64,000 nt of DNA, from positions 32,001 to 96,000 of the forward strand of contig CAWAUV010000007.1 of assembly GCA_963785305.1 (NCBI GenBank). The letters are read 5' to 3'. Both the position numbers and the translations under genes were made by a program. The stretch's first letter is position 1; every line of letters starts with the position of its first letter. The notes under the pieces are model-generated. The model had not been told where the DNA came from, did no database searches, and worked only from the letters and a program-made list of their open reading frames with translations. Below are positions 57,310 to 64,000 of this stretch, in pieces. This stretch comes from an uncultured Planctomycetaceae bacterium (lineage in GTDB: Bacteria; Planctomycetota; Planctomycetia; Pirellulales; PALSA-1355).

Positions 57310-57344
57310 AGAGCCGAGCAACATGCACACGCCCGACGCCACTG

Positions 57345-57373
57345 ACAGCCTGTTGGATGTTTCAACAGGCTGT
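57345..57373. terminator. Hairpin ACAGCCTGTTG-N7-CAACAGGCTGT between convergent genes
   Basis: Perfect 11-bp stem adjacent to the stop of the J-domain gene; no poly-U tail. Confidence 0.5.
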
Positions 57374-58078
57374 TCAGTGCATGATCTCGACATTCGAGTA
57401 GGTTCGCCGCAGCTTCCAGGCGCCGAGCCAGCCGAGCTCGACATCTTGAATGTCGAGTGTGCGCAAGGCCGGCAGCGAGCCGAGCACTTCGAGTCCCTCG
57501 ACCGTGATTTGCGTGCTTCGTAGATTCAAATGCCGCAGGGCCCCAAACGCCATCAGCCGGGCCAGTCCGCGATCGGTAATCGCGCTCGACGAAAGATCGA
57601 GCGTGTGGAGCGAAGTGAGCAGTTCGCGATGATCGGCCAGGAGATCGATCACTTCGTCGTCGAATTTCGGGCCGGTCATGTGCAGCCCGACGATCTGATC
57701 GAGCAATTGGGCGAAATCGGCGCCCACGCTTTCGACCATCCAATCGATGCGTTCGAAATCGACCCGCGCTTTGCGCTCGGCGAGACTGGCCAGCAGGGCC
57801 TCTTGCTCCATGAATCGATCGACCTGCGCGGCCAGCCAGCGGCGCCGGCCGGAGCGAAAGTGGGCATATTCGATCGCTTGGCGGTAGGCTTCGTCGAGCA
57901 GCTTGAAGGCTTCTTCGCTGCCGCCGTGATCGGGGTGCGCGGTCTTCACCTTTTCTCGAAACGCATGCTCGACATCGTCGAGCGAAACCGGCACGGTGAG
58001 CCCGAGCGCGGTCAGGAAAGGTGGCGTGTGCGCGACGGTCGGGCGTGGTTCGTTCGCATTGTCGATCTCGGAGTGCAT
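57374..58078 (-). CDS. J-domain + leucine-rich-repeat protein
   Basis: LGL..VEHAFREKVKTAHPDHGGSEEAF; LRRs LHTLDLSSSAITDRGL, LRHLNLRSTQITVEGL, LRTLDIQD. Confidence 0.8.
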   Translation of the reverse strand: MHSEIDNANEPRPTVAHTPPFLTALGLTVPVSLDDVEHAFREKVKTAHPDHGGSEEAFKLLDEAYRQAIEYAHFRSGRRRWLAAQVDRFMEQEALLASLAERKARVDFERIDWMVESVGADFAQLLDQIVGLHMTGPKFDDEVIDLLADHRELLTSLHTLDLSSSAITDRGLARLMAFGALRHLNLRSTQITVEGLEVLGSLPALRTLDIQDVELGWLGAWKLRRTYSNVEIMH

Positions 58079-58295
58079 GGGTTTTATTGTTGCATGCGAA
58101 GGCATGGCGTCACAATGGCCCCTCGGATCGAGCAAATCCGCCCCACACGCCCGGGGGCCGTGCCGAAATCGGCTCCGGGGGGCAGGGCCTCGGCCGCGAC
58201 GATCGCGTGGCCGCTGCTCTCACGATGGGAAGGGCGTGCATGATTGCTCGCCAGGCCCATGGCGAAGTGGCGTCAGAAATGCGAGCGCTTCTCCG

Positions 58296-59687
58296 CTAGC
58301 GCAGTTGCTGTTTCGGCGCGTTGCGGATTTGGCCGCCGGTGCGGCCTTGGGAATCGCGCTGGGCCATGTGGAACGGCTTGCGGGCTTCGTAGAGCGCTAA
58401 GCGTTTTTCTTGTGTCGCGCGCGAGGTTTCGGGCGCGGCGTCGATGGCCTCTTGTTGCGTGCGGATGGCGTCGTCGAATTTGCCGGCCGTGGCTTGCGCC
58501 GCCGCCAGGGTGGCCAGATAGCGATAATCCCCGCGGCCATCGATCGCCAGCGCTCGCTCGGCGGCTTCGATGGCCATGCCGCCATTGCGATACTGCTTGT
58601 CGGGGCACGTGGCCATCAGCCAAGCCACGCTCTGAAACGCGCGGCCCAGCTTGGGGTCGAACTGAATCGCGGCCTTGTAGTCGGCGGCCGCCTCGGCGTA
58701 GTACGCGGTGTCGGCATGGACATCGCCGCGATTCACGAGGGCCGCGGCATTGTGTGGATCGAGTCGCAAGGCGATGTTGAAGTCGATGATCGCTTCCTTG
58801 AAGCGGCGGAGCCGATATTGAGCGTGGCCGCGGCTGTTGTAGAGGTTCGGGTCGTTGGCCATGTTCTTCGAGGCCGTGTTGTAGTCCTCGATCGCGCCGT
58901 TGAAGTCGCCTTGCTCATAGCGCATCTCGCCCCGATTGAAATAGGCGAGACTGAAGTCGCGGTTGATCTCGACGGCGCGGGAAAAATCCTCGGCGGCCTC
59001 GGCGGTCTTGCCCATGCCGGCCAAGCTCACGCCACGATTGTGCAGCGCCCGCCACGAAGTATTGTCGAGCTCGACCGCCGCTTGAAAGTCCTCGAAGGCC
59101 GGAGTGTCCTTGCCCGCGCTGCTCAGGCACTCGCCGCGTTTGTTATAGGCCCACGCCATGAGCCGGCGGAGATAGGTAGCGCTATTGCCTTTGACTCCGG
59201 CTTGCATCGCGTCGCGGCAGAGCTCGATCGTTTCGGTGTAGTCGGCTTCTTCCGTGGCCGTGACGCTTCGCTTGTAGGCTTGCGTGAGGAGCGATTGGGC
59301 GCTGACGCCGGCGGGCGACGACTGGGCCGACACCCGGCGGGCATTCGGATCTTGCCGCATGCCGCCGTAGCCTTCGGCCGGCGCATGCAGCACAGGCGCC
59401 TGCTTACCCGATCGGCGGCGCGGCGCCGCATTGCCCGCGGGCTCGCGATTGCCTTGGCCACTCCGGGAGCCGCGATTCGCCGCGTCGACCGGCGCGAGCT
59501 CCGGCTCGTCGTCGACGGGCGCGAGTCCACCATCGTCGCCCGGGGCGCCAAGCGAGGGTCCGCCGAAGCCGGGCCCACGCGACATGGGCGCTTGGCTGTT
59601 GAGCGGATTTTGCGCGGCGGAGTTAGCCGCCAGCACGAGCGAAACAGTGAAGCCCAGAATCGACAGCGGCCACTTAGAGCGGGCCAT
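58296..59687 (-). CDS. Secreted TPR protein
   Basis: Signal peptide; TPRs AYNKRGE, ALHNRGV, AYFNRGE, LYNSRG, ALVNRGD; AWLMATCPD..RNG..AIEAA. Confidence 0.85.
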   Translation of the reverse strand: MARSKWPLSILGFTVSLVLAANSAAQNPLNSQAPMSRGPGFGGPSLGAPGDDGGLAPVDDEPELAPVDAANRGSRSGQGNREPAGNAAPRRRSGKQAPVLHAPAEGYGGMRQDPNARRVSAQSSPAGVSAQSLLTQAYKRSVTATEEADYTETIELCRDAMQAGVKGNSATYLRRLMAWAYNKRGECLSSAGKDTPAFEDFQAAVELDNTSWRALHNRGVSLAGMGKTAEAAEDFSRAVEINRDFSLAYFNRGEMRYEQGDFNGAIEDYNTASKNMANDPNLYNSRGHAQYRLRRFKEAIIDFNIALRLDPHNAAALVNRGDVHADTAYYAEAAADYKAAIQFDPKLGRAFQSVAWLMATCPDKQYRNGGMAIEAAERALAIDGRGDYRYLATLAAAQATAGKFDDAIRTQQEAIDAAPETSRATQEKRLALYEARKPFHMAQRDSQGRTGGQIRNAPKQQLR

Positions 59688-59880
59688 GACAGGTTCCTCC
59701 ATGAACAGGTGTTGCGAAGTGTGTTTACCGGCGGAGTCGGGCGCCGGTCTCATCGCGCCGCGACAATCCATGTCGCGGGCGCGATCGCTCATTTTTGGGC
59801 CGCGGGCAGGGTGTCGTTCGAAACAAATCCCTTTGGCCTACGCTCTCCCCAGGGGAGAGAGATTTGGGCACGCCGCGCGG

Positions 59881-61307
59881 TCATTCATGCGGTTCGGTCA
59901 TGCTCCAAGGGTCGAGGGCGGCTTTTAAGGTCGCCTCGGGCAGTAGTTTCTTTTCTTGGCAGAGCTCACGAATCGTCTTGCCGGATTTGAACGCTTCCTT
60001 GGCCAGGGCCGCCGCCCTCTCATAGCCGATATGCGGGTTCAGGCTCGTGACCATCGACAGGCTTTTTTCGACCGACGCCTCGCAGGCCTCGCGATTGGCC
60101 TCCATCTCGGCGGCGCAGAAATCGACGAACGCGGTGACGCCGCCGGTGAGAATCGCGATGCTTTCGAGCGCGGCGTGGCCCATCATCGGCATCATGATAT
60201 TGAGCTGAAACTGTCCGCCGGCGGCGCCCGCCACGGCGATTCCCTGATCGTTGCCCATCACGCGCGCCGCCACTTGCATCAGGCTCTCGCACATCACCGG
60301 ATTCACTTTGCCGGGCATAATCGAACTGCCGGGCTGTTTCTCGGGAAGCTTGAGCTCATGAAACGCGCAGCGCGGGCCCGAGCCGAGCCAGCGAATGTTG
60401 TTGGCCACGTTGAACAGAGTCGAGGCGATGGCCCGCAGTTGGCCGTGGCATTCGACGAGCCCATCGCGCTGGGCATTGGCCTCGAAATGATTTTCGGCTT
60501 CGACAAAGTCCACCCCGGTGTCGGCCGCGAGCGCCGCCGCCACGCGCCGTCCAAACTCGGGATGGGTGTTGATGCCTGTGCCGACCGCGGTGCCACCGGC
60601 GGGCAGTTCATGCACCGCGGCTTGCGCCGCGCGGCGCGTTCGATGGAAAGGCGAATCTGACGCGCCCAGCCGCCGACCTCTTGCCCCAGCCGTAGCGGAG
60701 TGGCGTCGGCCAGGTGCGTGCGGCCGATCTTGATGATTTTGTCCCACTCGGCCGCTTTGACTTCGAGCGTGTCGGCCAGGCGCTCGAGCGCCGGAATCAA
60801 CTCGCGGTGAATCGCCAGCGCCACGGCCACATGGATCGCCGTGGGGAACATGTCGTTGGTGCTTTGACCCATGTTCACGTGGTCGTTCGGATGGATCGGC
60901 TTTTCCTTGGCGAAGCGATCTCCACCCAGGAGCTCGATGGCCCGATTCGAGATCACTTCGTTGGCGTTCATGTTGCTCGAAGTGCCCGAGCCGGTTTGAA
61001 ACACATCGATCGGGAACTCTTGGTCGAACTTTCCATCGGCCACTTCACGCGCCGCGGCGAGCAGGGCCTCGATCCGCGCGGGATCGAGCCGATTCTTGCC
61101 GGTCTTGGCGAGCTTGCCCAAGTCGCGATTGGCAATGGCGGCGGCGTATTTCACGAGGCCGAGCGCATGGATCAGCCGCGGGGGCAGCGGCCAGCCCGAG
61201 ACTGGAAAGTTTTCGATGGCTCGCTGGGTGGTCGCTCCGTAGTAGGCAGCGGCCGGCACGGAGACATCGCCCATCGAGTCGTGTTCGACGCGAAATTCGC
61301 TCTGCAT
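59881..61307 (-). CDS. fumC: Class II fumarate hydratase (frameshift near 60630)
   Basis: [57 protein letters not shown]. Confidence 0.93.
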
Positions 61308-61497
61308 CGTGAATCTCGGAAAAAGGAAATTCGCCTCGCGCCGCGCGCGAGAAGGCGCGGCCCGCGGGGGCGGCGGCGACAGTGTGTTTGGGACCGGTTC
61401 CGCCGCGTATGATACCGACGGCCTGGGATTTCAAAAAGGCCGACCCGAATTATTGACATTGCGTTTGCCCGCGACGCGGGGTTACTTTTGCGTCGCC

Positions 61498-61793
61498 ATG
61501 AGACGCTTCGCCGCAATTCTAGTGCTGGCGCCGATTTACGCCGTGGGCTGGCGCAGCCAAACGCCGCGCTTTCCGATTCCGCGCCCTCGGCGGCCGACAC
61601 GGTCACGCGTCTGCCGCCGGTCGATGGCGGCCCCGCGGCCGACTTCGCCGCCGAGCGCCCGGCCGATTGCGGCCCGCCGCGGCCTCCGACCTGGAGCGAA
61701 CGCTGGATGGCGTTTGTGAATCGCCACCGCGAGCGCGAGGCGACCAACGCGGCAAGAATGAAACCCTCGGTCGCTGGGCCGGGCGGCGATTGA
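61498..61793 (+). CDS. Small, possibly secreted hypothetical protein (probable frameshift)
   Basis: ATG 61498 MRRFAAILVLAPIYAVG signal-like segment; a second frame continues to the stop at 61793. Confidence 0.35.
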
Positions 61794-62010
61794 TCTCCGG
61801 CTCCGCGGGGCGCGTTGAAGCTCCGCGAGGCGCCTCGCTTTTCTTTTGCCCGCCAAGCACAATGGTGGCGAGGCTCGGCGCCGACGAATCGCCCCCGCGA
61901 ATTCCCGGTCGGCCCCGGTGCTCGTCGTGCGGTTTTTGGTCGGATCGAGAAGAGAAATCGCGAGCGCGTCGCGGCAATGGCACTGGCGCGACAGAACTTA
62001 CCGGAGCGAT

Positions 62011-63061
62011 ATGCAAGGCTCGCTTAGAACCGTCTTCCGGGGACTCGCTTTTTTCGTCCTCACCTGGGCGATCGCGATCATCGGCTACCGAGTCGCCGGC
62101 TGGGGACTGCTCGAATCCGCATACATGACCACGATCACGATCTTCGGCGTCGGGTTCGGCGAAATGGGCGAAATGACGCCGCGGCTCCGCGTGTTCACCA
62201 TGTGCGTGATCGTCGCCGGCTGCTCGTCGACCGCCTATGTTATCGGCGGATTCGTGCAAATGCTCGCCGAAGGACAGATCAACCGCGTGCTCGGCGCGCG
62301 ACGCATGACCAAAGGCATCCATCTGCTCTCGGGCCACACCTTGCTCTGCGGCTATGGTCGCGTCGGCAAGCAACTCGCCAAGGAGCTGCGAGCGTTTGGC
62401 CAAAAGTTCGTGATCATCGATTCCGGCATCGAAGCGCTGCGCGAAGCCGAGGCCGAAGGCTATTGGGTGCTCGTGGGCGATTGCACCCAGGAAGCGGTGC
62501 TCGAGCGAGCCGGAATCGCGCGGGCTCGGGCCGTGGCCAGCGTGCTCTCCGACGACGCGCTCAATGTGTTTCTCACGCTCACGGCCCGAGAATTGAACCC
62601 AAACGTGCAGATCATCGCCCGAGCCGAAAATCGCGCGACGGAAAAGAAATTGCTGCGATCGGGCGCTGACCGCATCGTGCTGCCCACGGCGATCGGCGCC
62701 GCCAAGATCGCGAGCCTCGTCGCTCGGCCGGCTGGCAAAGATCTGCTAAACGACCCATCTGGCCGCGATCTCTTGAATTCGGAATTCGAATCGCTGGGCG
62801 TGCGGCTTTGGGAACAACCGGTCGAATCCGGCAGCCGCTTGGCTGGCGCCGACGCTTGCGCGGATCGAGCGCGAGAGCAAGGAAGGTTATGTGATCGTGG
62901 CGATTCGTCGCGCGGGCGCGATGCTACTCCGCCCGAGCCCCGACGCGCGGCTCGATCCCGGCGACACATTGCTGGTGTTATCGCATCCGCCGCGCGACGA
63001 TGAGCCGCGGTTTCGCGTCAAGCAATCGACGGGCGCCATGCACCGCGGTCACGCGCGTTAA
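62011..63061 (+). CDS. Potassium-channel-family protein (2TM pore + RCK/TrkA-N + TrkA-C), frameshift near 62850
   Basis: AYMTTITIFGVGFGE pore, CGYGRVG, GDCT..LERAGI..A, corrected tail IVAIRRAG..P..RLDPGDTLLVL to stop at 63061. Confidence 0.85.
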
Positions 63062-63092
63062 TCGCCGGCAGGGCTCGCCGACCCCGAAGTCA

Positions 63093-63425
63093 TTAAGCGA
63101 TCTCTTCGTCCGCCGACGCCATTTCGGACATGGGCGACGACGCTGGGCGGGAGCCTTTTCGCCGGCCCGACTTGCTGGCGCTCCACTCCTTGGTGAGTGT
63201 TTCGAATACTTCGGGCGATTCGTAGCGGATGATGTTCTTGCCTTCGGGCATCGGGCCAATCAGGCCGCGAAAGACCGGCAGACCGCGGAGTCCGAGATCG
63301 GTGCTGCAATCATCGACGCCGATCTGCGTGTGCAGTCGAGTGAGCGACTCTTGCTTGTTGTAGTCGCGAATGTGCAATTTTCCGTCGGCGCCGCGTGTCA
63401 CCACGCGGAAAGTGTCTTTGCTCAT
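63093..63425 (-). CDS. Small hypothetical protein
   Basis: 110-aa ORF with protein-like composition (HTQIGVDDCSTDLGLRGLPVFRGLIGPMPEG..IRYESPEVFE). Confidence 0.6.
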   Translation of the reverse strand: MSKDTFRVVTRGADGKLHIRDYNKQESLTRLHTQIGVDDCSTDLGLRGLPVFRGLIGPMPEGKNIIRYESPEVFETLTKEWSASKSGRRKGSRPASSPMSEMASADEEIA

Positions 63426-63805
63426 GATCAGCGGTTCTCGATGGATGTCGAAAAGGTTCGATTAGAACGCCCGTCGGGGCTGGTCCGACCCGAAACTTCG
63501 GGGTCGGCGCACGAGACTGGGCCGCGAGGGGCGGCGCTAGGGTCTCGCTGTCTCATCCATGAGGCAACAACGGCGGGGACTTTCTTGGCGTCCCCGCGCC
63601 CGCTTGGCATCCATCGACCGCCACACGGGGCCGGCGCCACGGTTTTTGCCTATCACGGCAAATCGGGCCAGCGCGGCGAATTCGGCTTAAGCCGCCTTCG
63701 CGTCATAAATGCGAAAAAGCGACTTTTCCTCGGCCGCGATTGGGGCCTTTGCGCGCTCCAGCGCGCGGAATCAGCAAGAACCGGTCGCCGCGCGAAATGG
63801 ACCGC

Positions 63806-64000
63806 TTACCGGAGCGGTCCCGTGGTCGGATAGGCGACATCCACCAAGTTGATCACCTGTTCGACGCCATCGACTTTCTCGACTTGCGTTTGCACGGTTT
63901 GCTTCAAATAGAAGCTTGGCACCCGGCCGCGGAGCGTGACCGCGCCCTCGTGGCAGGCGCATTGAATCGCGCAAGTAATAATAAGGACTTTCCCGCAACC
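63806..64000 (-). CDS. BON-domain protein, C-terminal part (partial, frameshifted)
   Basis: Manual translation ..HEGAVTLRGRVPSFYLKQTVQTQVEKVDGVEQVINLVDVAYP..*. Confidence 0.75.
   Translation of the reverse strand, partial: GCGKVLIITCAIQCACHEGAVTLRGRVPSFYLKQTVQTQVEKVDGVEQVINLVDVAYPTTGPLR

Noticed and set aside
55978..59990. Long antisense ORFs (e.g. 55978-57444, 58410-59990) and many similar ones elsewhere
   Set aside because: Shadow ORFs expected from high-GC codon bias opposite well-supported genes

Overview
GC-rich bacterial DNA whose gene content (PSCyt1-type cytochrome c proteins, membrane Ser/Thr kinase, ECF sigma factor with a vWA anti-sigma, TPR-led flagellar operon) points to a planctomycete, probably Pirellulales-like (inference). 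Many genes, including essential ones (ligA, tyrS, murD), carry 1-2 bp frameshifts, best explained as long-read indel errors; several CDS coordinates below are therefore stitched across frames. 1-5.2 kb is an accessory polymorphic-toxin region: an IS end, an orphan HINT + restriction-endonuclease-fold toxin with a coupled HEAT-like immunity gene, an oppositely oriented Rhs-core fragment, and a complete ISKra4-like element with TIRs and a 9-bp target duplication. Each module boundary there falls on a short reiterated GG(T/G)GTC(A/C)-type motif, the most unusual signal in the window. The rest is mostly core genome: GT4, adk-ppk2, uvrA, a di-heme protein, a kinase, thiO, Rrf2, hisN, a split ArgZ/AgrE-like arginine pathway, gmd, an 18-kb flagellar basal-body/hook operon with a two-component system, murD, ligA, ispD, tyrS, ald, mtnA, ECF-vWA, J-domain/LRR, TPR, fumC, a K+ channel and a BON protein. 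No rRNA, tRNA or CRISPR array was recognised.
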